64,000 nt of DNA from an uncultured virus (IMG/VR IMGVR_UViG_3300031687_001114) (lineage: Duplodnaviria; Heunggongvirae; Uroviricota; Caudoviricetes), in IMG/VR virus record IMGVR_UViG_3300031687_001114, positions 1 to 64,000 of that record; one strand, 5' to 3'. Both the position numbers and the translations under genes were made by a program. The notes beneath the pieces were generated by a model. The model made no database searches. It was not told where the DNA came from and saw only the letters and a program-made list of their open reading frames with translations. Positions 1-9,682 of the stretch are shown here, piece after piece; within the stretch, counting starts at the first letter, position 1; each line of letters begins with the position of its first letter.

Positions 1-215
1 TTTGTACACACTGTAATGCCGGAGGTGGTGTATTCAAAAAAAATTTAGCACAAGATTTTTCTATGCTACATATAGCCTGAAGTAACCGCGTGTAGCGTGT
101 ACGAAAGGCTGATGCGTACAGCATCTCTATGTATAGCTCTGTATGCCCACTATACATCATATATAAGTATTCGGCTAACACTATGCACTATAGTGGTTAC
201 ATGCATAAAAGTGTA

Positions 216-244
216 TTGACTTCTTACTCAATATACAGTATACT
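216..244 (+). promoter_or_regulatory. Sigma70-type (early) promoter TTGACT-N17-TATACT
   Basis: TTGACT at 216-221, 17-nt spacer, TATACT at 239-244; followed by AGGAG and an ATG at 273. Confidence 0.7.
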
Positions 245-272
245 ATAGTATATACTTTGCAGGAGAAACATT

Positions 273-440
273 ATGACTAAACAGGATAGACATGCTAAGA
301 GCGAAAGAGCTAGAACTCATAGGAAACATATTAAAGCTATTGTGAAGAACTCAAGACTACGCTTCTATGCTCACATGAAACATTTGCGAGAGAAGTATAA
401 TAAAATTAAATCGAGACATCATGATAACAAAGTTGATTAA
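273..440 (+). CDS. Small basic hypothetical protein (55 aa, MTKQDRHAKS...)
   Basis: Read manually (below ORF-track cutoff); AGGAG RBS at 261-265, sigma70 promoter upstream; K/R/H-rich. Confidence 0.6.
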   Translation: MTKQDRHAKSERARTHRKHIKAIVKNSRLRFYAHMKHLREKYNKIKSRHHDNKVD

Positions 441-503
441 TAAATGGAAGAGGAGTTTGTATAAGCATTGGATTGCTCCGTGGGGATTATAATAAATAGT
501 ATT

Positions 504-617
504 ATGAAAGATATAATTAATAAAATACTATATACCAGATTCCATGTGGGCTATTTTGTATGTGCTTTAATATTTGCTATGGGCTTATGTATTACAGCAC
601 TAGTAGAACTAATTTAG
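504..617 (+). CDS. Small membrane peptide (37 aa, MKDIINKILYTRFHVGYFVCALIFAMGLCITALVELI)
   Basis: Read manually; one hydrophobic segment; ATAAATA exactly 5 nt before ATG as for other late genes. Confidence 0.45.
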   Translation: MKDIINKILYTRFHVGYFVCALIFAMGLCITALVELI

Positions 618-707
618 TTTTGCTAAACTCTGATTTAGATTAAATAGGATCTCACCGCGAAGGCGCTTCGTTTCACTCGCACCTACTGAAGGTTCCGCCG
701 CCCTGGG

Positions 708-1382
708 CTATTTGTAACCTATTTGCATGTAGCGACTATATGCTGGAGTTACCATACTGCCCACGTACTTGGTATTGCTTAATGGGTATTTGCTTATCAT
801 ATCCTCTATGCTGTTGCATGTATTAATATGTCCATCAAAGGATTCGCTGTTATTAGTTTGCATTATAATTAATTGATCCGAGTCAACAGTATCAAACCAA
901 TCGCTATTCATATGTTCACAACTGGTATTAATAATCCAATCGGGTTTAACCGTAATTAATTCCCCTCCAGTTTCAAACTCACAGTTACTTAAATCTAAAT
1001 GTGTAGCATCAGCAACAACTCCTTTGTAACGCCAGCCTGCTAGATACTTTTGGTTCAGTCGTTCACTTAAATCTTGTGCAGTGGGATCAGCATCAACTCC
1101 GTATATACGTTCTATAGTTAATGCTCTGTGCAGTGGATCAACTAGACTGCCTATCCAACTGCCTAATATAATCACAGTGGCATTAGCTTGTAATGGAGAT
1201 ACTTTATACAGTTCGCCTAACAGCCAGCTCTTGGATGCTAACTGTCCTTTGCTGAATGCATGTTTAGGATACAAACTGCTGTGTTGTACTATATGCTCGA
1301 ACTGGCTCATGCTTACTTTCAAGAAGCCTGCATCGATATAATCGTTAACCGCTTCCCATGTGTCTAGTTTAATTTCATTCAT
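708..1382 (-). CDS. Class I SAM-dependent methyltransferase-like protein
   Basis: Gly-containing motif I (IILGSWIG), acidic motif II (YGVDAD), DWIINTSCEHM; start MNEIK chosen because it forms an ATGA overlap with the upstream small ORF. Confidence 0.7.
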   Translation of the reverse strand: MNEIKLDTWEAVNDYIDAGFLKVSMSQFEHIVQHSSLYPKHAFSKGQLASKSWLLGELYKVSPLQANATVIILGSWIGSLVDPLHRALTIERIYGVDADPTAQDLSERLNQKYLAGWRYKGVVADATHLDLSNCEFETGGELITVKPDWIINTSCEHMNSDWFDTVDSDQLIIMQTNNSESFDGHINTCNSIEDMISKYPLSNTKYVGSMVTPAYSRYMQIGYK

Positions 1383-1528
1383 TTTATTCTCTCTAACATT
1401 TCTAATACTGTGCATAGTTCAGCAACTGAGCTGTCTAACACCATGTGAGCAACTTCGTTATCGTTCTTGGCTCTCTCCTCACATAACATATCTATTCTTA
1501 CTCTGAGGTACTTTTCAATTTTATCCAT
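1379..1528 (-). CDS. Small hypothetical protein (49 aa, MDKIEKYLRVRIDML...)
   Basis: Read manually; fills the gap between flanking genes and overlaps the next start by ATGA. Confidence 0.55.
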   Translation of the reverse strand: MDKIEKYLRVRIDMLCEERAKNDNEVAHMVLDSSVAELCTVLEMLERIK

Positions 1529-1704
1529 TCCTCTATCCTCTCTAGTACTGCGTTCTTTTCTTCATCTGTGGCTGTGTACCAGTCACGCATCTCAGTAGCA
1601 GTTCTGTAACAGCCGATGCAGTACTCACTGTTCACATCAAACGTACATATTTTAATGCAAGGTGATGGTACCATACTGCGTGGTCTAGCTTTACCTCTTC
1701 TCAT
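1498..1704 (-). CDS. DUF1289/YdhL-like small cysteine-rich (predicted Fe-S) protein
   Basis: SPCIKIC-x8-CIGCYRT-x2-E-x3-W pattern characteristic of DUF1289. Confidence 0.8.
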   Translation of the reverse strand: MRRGKARPRSMVPSPCIKICTFDVNSEYCIGCYRTATEMRDWYTATDEEKNAVLERIEEWIKLKSTSE

Positions 1705-4700
1705 ACTGTGCCTCTAGCCATTCGTAATCATTAATTAATTCTAATGCAACTGTGTTCCCCCGGTTGCGTCCTGCATAGTCATTACCTGCGTTTGCTCCTG
1801 CTACAGCTTGATCACTGTAGTCTCCCTCAGTAGCGTTTAGCCATGCCCCTAATCTTTGTTGTGCGTCTGCGTCTGTGCTAGTTGCTAACTTAACGCACTC
1901 TCTGAATGCACTACGCCATGTGCTGTATGCATCAGTATTAAATCTTGTTGTACAAGCAACTTCAGGCATTACTTTAAATCGTTTGCCTAATCCAGTTGTA
2001 AAGTCTATGCCCCAAGTGGTTGCTCCTCTAACTGCGTTAGTGTTAAACAGTTTAACTCCGCCGTAGCCATAAGTATCACCAGTAACAGGGTTAGCACTAT
2101 TCCACACATGAGTAACGTCTTGGTCATATACATCTGGTATATAACTAAAGTCGAAGTCTGTGCTTACATCAGCATCACCGTCCACTACCCAGAACATACT
2201 ACTGCTCACTGAATTACTTGCTTGTTGGTGTGCTGTGAATATTCCGTCTACATCACTAACCAGTATAGACTCGTCTGGTAATGCCTCTAGCAGTTCATGT
2301 GCGTTGTTTTGTGCGTAAGTGATGAGTACTATGTCATATGGCTTATACACACTAGCAGTTGCTTTAACATACTGTAGTGTTCCACGTGGCATTTTGTTTA
2401 ACTGTATGTCATCTGATGTTAAACCTTCTATACCTTTGTGCCATAAACGTATGCCACCATATGAATGTGTTTTGTTTGTGCGTGGATTAACTCGTTGCCA
2501 TGTGTGTACTTTGTTTAATCCATCTAGTTGTGGAGTATAACTGTACTCGAATTCAGGTATTGGTGTTACATCTGGATCAATAGTATAGAAGTAATCACCT
2601 GTAGTAACATTTTTATAGTTGTTTAACTGCTTGAGTAACGGTGTTTCAGTGTTAAGAGCGAAACATTCCCACGTTGTAGGTGTGGTTGCTACCCGGTATA
2701 CTGGCTTTAAGTCTTTAAAACTGTTGTTAATTAACTGTTTAACAGTGAACTTGGTGTTGGTAAAGGTACCAGTGGGTACTAAACGAACGCCACGTTGGGC
2801 ATCTATGCTGTCAATCCACACGTGAACCACATGCTCTTCCCACTTAGTAGGCACATAATCAAACTTCCAATCGCTTACTAAGGTGCTATGAGGATCAACT
2901 ACCCAGTACATGTTGCTGTCTAAGTTCATTTCAAACAATAACAGTTGGTCTATTATGTCTTTATCACTGTTCAAGTAGCATATAGGATACTCTTTTTGCT
3001 CACCTGCTACAGCATTTAATATTAATTGGTCTGGTATACTGCAAGTTAATACTTGTTCATCAGTTAATTGACTAGCATTATACGTTGTGGGCCACAGTCT
3101 AAGACCGCCATGTCCTATAACTAACCCTTCTGCGTCTGTTCTTTTCCATACATGCACTACATTTGTATTGTTTACATGTGGTATAATGCTCTCTGCAATA
3201 ACAGTTTCGGTTAATTCAATGTCTGGATCTACTGTCCACACATAGCCTACGTCACTATGCTTGGCTAATACGTCCTGTATTTCCTTTGATGTCATGTGTT
3301 CTAACTGTTCAACGGGCCATATAGGATCTCTACTTGCTACCTTAGGCAGTTCTTTTAGTTTAACATAACTGTTTTCTTTAATTTGTTCTAGTGTGTAGTG
3401 GGCTACCGGCATTAGTTTAACGCCACTTTGCTTACTGCTACCTGCATGTTGCCACATGTGGACTACATCTTTATCATATTGTGTTGGGTAATAACTATAA
3501 TCGAAGTCTGCATCTACTTGTACATGTGCATCAACTACCCACATCATGCTTACGGTTGTTTGTAGTGCCAGAGCTTCGTAGACGCCGTCTAACGGCTGTA
3601 ACAGTTCTTCCGGCTGTATGTGGTACACTGGATACTTTTTCTGTGTACAAGCCGGCTCTCTAATATACTTTGGTCTACCTTTGCCTTCGTTCTTGTTCCT
3701 TAAACTAACTCCACCGTAATCGTATTGCTTACCTGTTACAGGATTTAGTTTTTGCCATACATGTTGCTTACCATCGTCGAACACATCAGGCTGGAAGTCA
3801 AAGTCAAATCCTACAAGTACATCAACGTCTGGATCAACTACCCAGAACCAAGCATGAGTACTCTTTGCTAATCCTTCTTGATATGAACTGTATGTTTCAA
3901 ACTCATACGTTAATGCTACAGGACTCATGTCGTGTACTTTAACATCACCATTCCAATCCTTTGGCATCCATATAAGTATGCCATTGAATATATGTTTAGT
4001 GTTACGTTCGAATGTTGTTGGGCTCCACGGTATATGACTTATGTCATTAAAGGCTGTGGGCAGTATCCAACAGTCAGCATCTACTCGATCCATTCCTTCA
4101 TCAGTGTATATGATCGGGTAGCTTCTACCTCCGACGGGGTTAGTGGCAATAAACTTGCTGTCCTCACTGCCAGATCTCGGAACAAGTTTAATACCTCCTG
4201 CTCTGTTGTCGCTGATATTTGTAATTGCTTTGGGGTATTTGTGTTCCAGGTCATCCGGAAACTTGAATATGTGTATGTACTTTGTGTCATGCTGTTGTGG
4301 AACATAGTTGAACTCCTCGTTAATTTGATGTTCGTTGTCTACTAACCAGAACATTTTAGTTCTGCTTTTCCTTGCAGGAGTATCATAGTCGCTGATATTA
4401 TCTGCATAGAATATATCATAACGTACAGGACAAATATCTTCTTGATACTTATGCTTGGTTACGTCAAAGTGTTTATTCATTAATCGTACGCCACCACATC
4501 GGGTATCCCATGCGTCTGTAAAGTCTGCCGGGTAACGTTCTTCTAGGTGACTGGGTATTTTAAATACATGTATATAATCTAATTCGTGACTTGCTGGAAC
4601 GTATAACAGTTTACCATTAAACTGAAACTCTCTATCCACAATCCAGAACCATTCTGTTTTACTACGCTCTGCATAGTCGCTGTATGTTTCTGCATTAAAG

Positions 4701-5575
4701 TCTTCGTTGTCTATATAGAACACATCATACGCTTCGTCCTCTACTGGACATGCAGGATGTATTTTAAGTTCCGCGTCTTTCCAATTCATAGGCACTAGTC
4801 TAATGCCACCCATACCCAACGGATACTTTTCTTTTAATTGGTATGGCATTTTAAAACTGTGTACAAAGTCTTTCTCAAAAGGATTAGGAACCCAGTCAAG
4901 TGTTTTAGTATTAATAGTATGTTCTTTATCTATTAACCAAACATATTCGTTTGTGTGTACATCACGCTGACTGTAATCGTCTACGTCGGTAACAAACATA
5001 AACGGTATGTCTAAGTCTGCATTTAAGAAGCCGTGGTATTTAATTTGTGCGTCTTTCCAATCACGTGGATATAATTTAATGCCACCTTCTTCTTTTGGAT
5101 ACTTATGTTCTAGTTGTCCCCTTAAATGAAAACTGTGTATGAAGTCTGGTTCAAAGTTCCCCGGTGCCCAATCGATGTTTTCAGTTATTTTATATTCAGG
5201 ATCAACGCACCAAACATGTGTGCTACTAGAGTTATCAAAGTAGTCCCCCGGTGTCGTGCTTGTTAGTACGTTGAATGTTTTTGTACATGCTACTGCATTG
5301 TGATGGAATGTTTCTGGAAACCCAATTGGCTTTTTAACTTTTAATGTTACTCCGCCATAGTTCAATTGGTTCCACTTCCAAACATGTTCGTAATTTTTTG
5401 TATGCGAGTCTGGCTTAAAGTCAAATATACTATAGTCGGTAACAGTAATGTCTTCTTCGATGAACCAATACATTGATGTATTGCTAGAGATAGCAGACAC
5501 GTTACTGACTTGTTGTGCAAAAGGTAACTGCTCTACTAGAGCTTCGTTCTCTCCTACATAAAAAATATCATACAT
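1691..5575 (-). CDS. 1,294-aa multi-module glycosyltransferase-like protein (~12 tandem GT-A-like repeats)
   Basis: Repeated [YF]D[IV]FY...W[FVI][VI]D...[YF]xP...H[VI][WF]...GG[VI][KR]L units; C-terminal unit has DGD and WRSAFRECVKL, matching the single-domain protein at 30616-31611. Confidence 0.65.
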   Translation of the reverse strand: MYDIFYVGENEALVEQLPFAQQVSNVSAISSNTSMYWFIEEDITVTDYSIFDFKPDSHTKNYEHVWKWNQLNYGGVTLKVKKPIGFPETFHHNAVACTKTFNVLTSTTPGDYFDNSSSTHVWCVDPEYKITENIDWAPGNFEPDFIHSFHLRGQLEHKYPKEEGGIKLYPRDWKDAQIKYHGFLNADLDIPFMFVTDVDDYSQRDVHTNEYVWLIDKEHTINTKTLDWVPNPFEKDFVHSFKMPYQLKEKYPLGMGGIRLVPMNWKDAELKIHPACPVEDEAYDVFYIDNEDFNAETYSDYAERSKTEWFWIVDREFQFNGKLLYVPASHELDYIHVFKIPSHLEERYPADFTDAWDTRCGGVRLMNKHFDVTKHKYQEDICPVRYDIFYADNISDYDTPARKSRTKMFWLVDNEHQINEEFNYVPQQHDTKYIHIFKFPDDLEHKYPKAITNISDNRAGGIKLVPRSGSEDSKFIATNPVGGRSYPIIYTDEGMDRVDADCWILPTAFNDISHIPWSPTTFERNTKHIFNGILIWMPKDWNGDVKVHDMSPVALTYEFETYSSYQEGLAKSTHAWFWVVDPDVDVLVGFDFDFQPDVFDDGKQHVWQKLNPVTGKQYDYGGVSLRNKNEGKGRPKYIREPACTQKKYPVYHIQPEELLQPLDGVYEALALQTTVSMMWVVDAHVQVDADFDYSYYPTQYDKDVVHMWQHAGSSKQSGVKLMPVAHYTLEQIKENSYVKLKELPKVASRDPIWPVEQLEHMTSKEIQDVLAKHSDVGYVWTVDPDIELTETVIAESIIPHVNNTNVVHVWKRTDAEGLVIGHGGLRLWPTTYNASQLTDEQVLTCSIPDQLILNAVAGEQKEYPICYLNSDKDIIDQLLLFEMNLDSNMYWVVDPHSTLVSDWKFDYVPTKWEEHVVHVWIDSIDAQRGVRLVPTGTFTNTKFTVKQLINNSFKDLKPVYRVATTPTTWECFALNTETPLLKQLNNYKNVTTGDYFYTIDPDVTPIPEFEYSYTPQLDGLNKVHTWQRVNPRTNKTHSYGGIRLWHKGIEGLTSDDIQLNKMPRGTLQYVKATASVYKPYDIVLITYAQNNAHELLEALPDESILVSDVDGIFTAHQQASNSVSSSMFWVVDGDADVSTDFDFSYIPDVYDQDVTHVWNSANPVTGDTYGYGGVKLFNTNAVRGATTWGIDFTTGLGKRFKVMPEVACTTRFNTDAYSTWRSAFRECVKLATSTDADAQQRLGAWLNATEGDYSDQAVAGANAGNDYAGRNRGNTVALELINDYEWLEAQYEKR

Positions 5576-5903
5576 CTATTTTGTGTCCTACTACTGCGTT
5601 TATATATTTATTGATATGGTCTAGTCCGTTGTCTAGGTTTTCTAATTCACGGAACATTAATTGGTTAGCACTAAAGCAACAATCGTCTCGGTGATGTCTT
5701 GCACTAATCTTACACACATGACAGTTCCCTTTTAGTTTCCAGAACATCATTTCCTCTGGAGTTAACAGTGGATCATATAGCCATGGGTTGCGTGATACTT
5801 CGGTAGGCGATAGTTCGCTATAGTCGTGGTCCGCAAGTAGTTCTTTAACGTAACCGTTTATGCCTATTGCTTCTATTCGTTCTTTAACTTTTTCGTTAGT
5901 CAC
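5568..5903 (-). CDS. Hypothetical protein with CxxC...CC motif
   Basis: ORF between carbamoyltransferase and the repeat protein; probable GTG start overlapping upstream stop; CHVC...DDCC. Confidence 0.5.
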   Translation of the reverse strand: MTNEKVKERIEAIGINGYVKELLADHDYSELSPTEVSRNPWLYDPLLTPEEMMFWKLKGNCHVCKISARHHRDDCCFSANQLMFRELENLDNGLDHINKYINAVVGHKIDV

Positions 5904-7440
5904 TTGTATGTACTCTGATGTTGTAATGGTTTGTAAAAGCAGTAGCATCTTCTTTAGTATTAACTATTGGCTGACCTTTAACATTGAGACTCGTATTGAG
6001 AACAATAGGACAACCTGATACTTTGTGCCATTCGGATAGTGCTTCATATAGTTCAGGGTGCTGTTTTCTATTAACAGTCTGAACCCTACTCGTTCCATCC
6101 CCATGTACGACAGCAGGTATTTCATCTGGACGTTTGCATTTTGCTACAAACTGCATGTATGGACTTTCGTTTAAACCGCCCGGCAGTTCAAACCAATCTT
6201 GTACATGTTCTTCTAAAATGATAGGAGCAAACGGTCTAAACTTTTGTCTACGTTTAATTTCATTTACTCTATCCTTAATCTCTTCCCCTCTAGGATCAGC
6301 AAATAAACTTCTGTTCCCTAATGCTCTAGGACCAAACTCTGCTCTGCCATTGGCAACTCCAAAGATTTCCCCATTGTTTAAACTCTCGACAAACTTCCTT
6401 ACGGGCCACTTGCCTTCTATTACAGTTCCTAAGTAAGGAGTTTTCCATTCTACTTTCTTTAATGTATCTGCAAAATGTAAGAATGCCGCGGCACCTAAAC
6501 TACTTCCAGCATCACCTGGGTTAGGCATTATGTGTACGTCATCGAATATATCAAACAGTTTACTATTAGCAACACAGTTTAATGCACAGCCACCCATGAA
6601 CACTAAGTTCTTACTATGAGTGTACTTGTAGGCTAACTCCGCGTATTCCATAATTCTTTCTTCACATACTAACTGAGCACTTGCGGCTAAGTCGTACTTA
6701 ATTTGTTCGTTACCCGGAATGTTTAAATTGTTTATTAAGAAGTCGTCTGGTAAGCCTCTACTCATATCAATGGTGTGTAGACACTCTCCTCTATTCTCTT
6801 TAGTAATCTTTTCATGCTTAAACAATTGCTTACGCATCTGTTTAGCGAATATCGGATTACCGTATGCCGCCATTCCCATTAGCACATATTCATCTTCCAT
6901 AGGCTTCAGTCCTACTCTGGCTGTTACAGCACTATAGAATAAACCTAGACTACTTGGGAAGTTTGTTTCGTGTACCAATTCAAACTTGCCACCTCGTTCT
7001 TCATACCTGTATATGGTTGCAGTCTGCACTTCGCCTATTGCATCGATAGTCATTATAGCACACTCGTCGAAGTCACTAGTAAGTACTCCTGCGGCGGCAT
7101 GACTTTGATGATGTAATGTATGCTGAACTGGAATACCGTCTAGCTGTGGATAAAATCTTTTAAGCCATTGCTCGGCAGTTGGTTCCGTGAACACAGCCTT
7201 AACTGCATCCATTCTCAGTTGTTTTAGTCTACGTTTAGACTTTAACTTACTATCCTCATGCATTACTATAACATCTGGCATGCCAAATGTCAATGCTTCT
7301 GCCATTAATTCTTTGTGTAAGAAAGGATCGTTCTTCTTTCTACTATAACGTTCGCTGTGACCAGCAAACATAATCTTGCCTTCGTCGACTACACAAACAG
7401 ACGCATCATGGAACATACAACTTATACCAAGTATTCTCAT
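5896..7440 (-). CDS. Carbamoyltransferase, CmcH/NodU family
   Basis: ILGIS..HDAS, ERYSRKK, HHQSHAA, IDAIGE, SLGLFY, GGCALNCVAN, EFGPRALGNRS, FRPFAP, VHGDGTSRVQTV, LNTSLN motifs. Confidence 0.95.
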   Translation of the reverse strand: MRILGISCMFHDASVCVVDEGKIMFAGHSERYSRKKNDPFLHKELMAEALTFGMPDVIVMHEDSKLKSKRRLKQLRMDAVKAVFTEPTAEQWLKRFYPQLDGIPVQHTLHHQSHAAAGVLTSDFDECAIMTIDAIGEVQTATIYRYEERGGKFELVHETNFPSSLGLFYSAVTARVGLKPMEDEYVLMGMAAYGNPIFAKQMRKQLFKHEKITKENRGECLHTIDMSRGLPDDFLINNLNIPGNEQIKYDLAASAQLVCEERIMEYAELAYKYTHSKNLVFMGGCALNCVANSKLFDIFDDVHIMPNPGDAGSSLGAAAFLHFADTLKKVEWKTPYLGTVIEGKWPVRKFVESLNNGEIFGVANGRAEFGPRALGNRSLFADPRGEEIKDRVNEIKRRQKFRPFAPIILEEHVQDWFELPGGLNESPYMQFVAKCKRPDEIPAVVHGDGTSRVQTVNRKQHPELYEALSEWHKVSGCPIVLNTSLNVKGQPIVNTKEDATAFTNHYNIRVHTSD

Positions 7441-7658
7441 CTATAAATAAATGGATCTGCTTTACGGATTTGTTCTAACTTATCCTTCAGCATCTCTTCT
7501 TCCTCATCAGTAAGATTTAATTCGGGTACATCGGGTACTTCAATTTCTGTAGGGCCTCTAAGTACTTCAGCTTTCTTACTTATTGGATTACCCTGCAAGT
7601 CACCGTGGTCGATAATCTCTGTTACCTCTTCGGCTAGTTCGTTTCTTTCTTCTGGCAT
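7437..7658 (-). CDS. Small acidic hypothetical protein ending ...KADPFIYR
   Basis: 73-aa ORF coupled by overlap to the carbamoyltransferase start. Confidence 0.6.
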   Translation of the reverse strand: MPEERNELAEEVTEIIDHGDLQGNPISKKAEVLRGPTEIEVPDVPELNLTDEEEEMLKDKLEQIRKADPFIYR

Positions 7659-8374
7659 TATAATTCCTCTATAAACTTTTTAACTTCATTTGCATATAGC
7701 GTGTGTAAATGCTTATCTGCGTGGTACCATTCTGAGAAGTGTGAAGCGTTTTCTTCTGTGTCGTACCTTTCTATAAAACTATCTTCACTCTCAAAGAACA
7801 CATCATGCGGGAACGTATGCATTAAATGTTTTAATCTTAAATGATCAAACGTCTCTGCTTTTATTGACGCACAATTATTTACCTGTATGTGATCAACTTC
7901 GTAAGATTTTAAGAACGAATCTAGCATAGTCATATAAGTTATTTTTTTAAACAGTCCAAAGTTATAGTCTGTGTGATATAACTGCAATGCTTTGAACCAT
8001 GTAGTGAAGTCGCCAGTGTTTTTGTATTGTTCTGCATCAGATCCGTTTGCCCAATGTATATGTTGATCTTCCCATGTAAACTCTACTCGTTCGTTAGTAG
8101 TCCAGCCTACACATACAAGTAACTCCTTTGGATCTCTTCCTTGATATACCCACTGACTAACATAGTCAATAGTGGATCGCATGATGTATTCATTACTGCC
8201 ACCCGGTGCTGAATGATTTGTGTAGTTAAGTTCAAACGCTCTAGCAAGTTGTCCGGGCCATGCATGGACAATATTTTGTTTAGTAGCCGCAGTTGTTCCT
8301 GGGCCACATATCTCACTACCTGCCATATGGCTACAACCGATTGCGTATAAGTGTGTTTTGTCTTTTAAATCCAT
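7658..8374 (-). CDS. SGNH/GDSL-like hydrolase or acyltransferase fold protein
   Basis: GCSHMAG block I, PGGSN block II, C-terminal WYH (DxxH-equivalent). Confidence 0.6.
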   Translation of the reverse strand: MDLKDKTHLYAIGCSHMAGSEICGPGTTAATKQNIVHAWPGQLARAFELNYTNHSAPGGSNEYIMRSTIDYVSQWVYQGRDPKELLVCVGWTTNERVEFTWEDQHIHWANGSDAEQYKNTGDFTTWFKALQLYHTDYNFGLFKKITYMTMLDSFLKSYEVDHIQVNNCASIKAETFDHLRLKHLMHTFPHDVFFESEDSFIERYDTEENASHFSEWYHADKHLHTLYANEVKKFIEEL

Positions 8375-9682
8375 TTACCAATCCAGTAATTTGTATAAGT
8401 CTGGCAGACTGTCTGCTAAACTTTGGTTACGTTTATCATCTAATAACAATGTGTAACGTTTGAATATTTCCATTTGCGTTTCAGCATCATCGTTAACTTG
8501 GTCATCGCCCAATGCATTAATAATTCCTAGCACTGTTTGTTTATTCCTTTCATCGTTAGCAAAGTATGTACTAGTATCAAGCCAGTGATGTAATCTACTC
8601 TTTGCTTCGTCTCTAATGTTCTTAGGCAAGTTACGAATGTCTAAGCATTTAGGATAGTTGTTCATTAAGAAACTAATGTCTATTCGTCTACCACTTAGTT
8701 CAGTGATCTCTTCAGCATAGTCTAGTAAGTCTGTTATATTTAATATGTTATATATTTGTACAACAGGACTAAACAACAAGTTACCTACAACTTTAGAATC
8801 AGCATACTCTTTAATATGCTTATCTACTATAGACCATTTGCTTCCACTTCTAATATATTCATTGGTGGTACTGTAGCCATCAACACTTAAACACATCAAC
8901 ACATCTCTAAACTTGACTACTAAGTCTAGGAACCTGGGTTGTATGTTAGTCATGTTAGAGTTGAACACTAAGTCAATGTCCTTAGCAATACCCATCTCTA
9001 CACATTTTTCTAGTATCCAATATACACGTTGTATAATAGTTGGCTCACCACCCGTAAAGTATAATCTATTTACATTAGGTAACCACTCCTCTACTGTTGC
9101 TAAGAAGTCTGGCTCATCGAACCAAGGGATAGTGTAATCGTCGAACTGCTCCCAATGAGTGTTCTCTATTACGAATGCACGTTCTTCTTCTGTGTATATA
9201 GTATCGTCTTTTAATTCTTTATATATAGCACTACTGTTTTGGCTCTGACACATTCTACATTTTAAGTTACATAGTGTGCCAAGTCTAAAGTCTAAGTATT
9301 GCGGTGACTCCTCTACGAAGTAATCGTTGTTAATACTCTTGTCTATTATCTTTTTAATCTCTGGAGCATTTCTATGGAAGCCCATCCAGTCTTTGATATA
9401 GTTTTCTCTGTAACTAGGTATGCCCAAGTCTTCTAATTGGTAGCAAGGCTCACACCCTTCTACTTGGTCGCCTTCTATCATTTGCTTTCTTATCTTACGA
9501 TAGTGTTTCCCATTCCAAACATCTTCAATCTTATCACCACGGTCTAACATAATAGGATGCTTGTCGTCATTGTCTCGTTTCACTTGCCCACTAGCAACAC
9601 AGCAAAAGTTAACTGTGCTTGTTGGCTGTGTCATTACATGTATCCAAGGATACGGACAAAATGTTTTACTATAGTCCGTCAT
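8375..9682 (-). CDS. Radical SAM protein with N-terminal SPASM/twitch-like domain (#1)
   Basis: CPYPW...FCC...CEPC N-terminal; CNLKCRMC (CxxxCxxC); TGGEPT; start MTDYSK. Confidence 0.92.
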   Translation of the reverse strand: MTDYSKTFCPYPWIHVMTQPTSTVNFCCVASGQVKRDNDDKHPIMLDRGDKIEDVWNGKHYRKIRKQMIEGDQVEGCEPCYQLEDLGIPSYRENYIKDWMGFHRNAPEIKKIIDKSINNDYFVEESPQYLDFRLGTLCNLKCRMCQSQNSSAIYKELKDDTIYTEEERAFVIENTHWEQFDDYTIPWFDEPDFLATVEEWLPNVNRLYFTGGEPTIIQRVYWILEKCVEMGIAKDIDLVFNSNMTNIQPRFLDLVVKFRDVLMCLSVDGYSTTNEYIRSGSKWSIVDKHIKEYADSKVVGNLLFSPVVQIYNILNITDLLDYAEEITELSGRRIDISFLMNNYPKCLDIRNLPKNIRDEAKSRLHHWLDTSTYFANDERNKQTVLGIINALGDDQVNDDAETQMEIFKRYTLLLDDKRNQSLADSLPDLYKLLDW

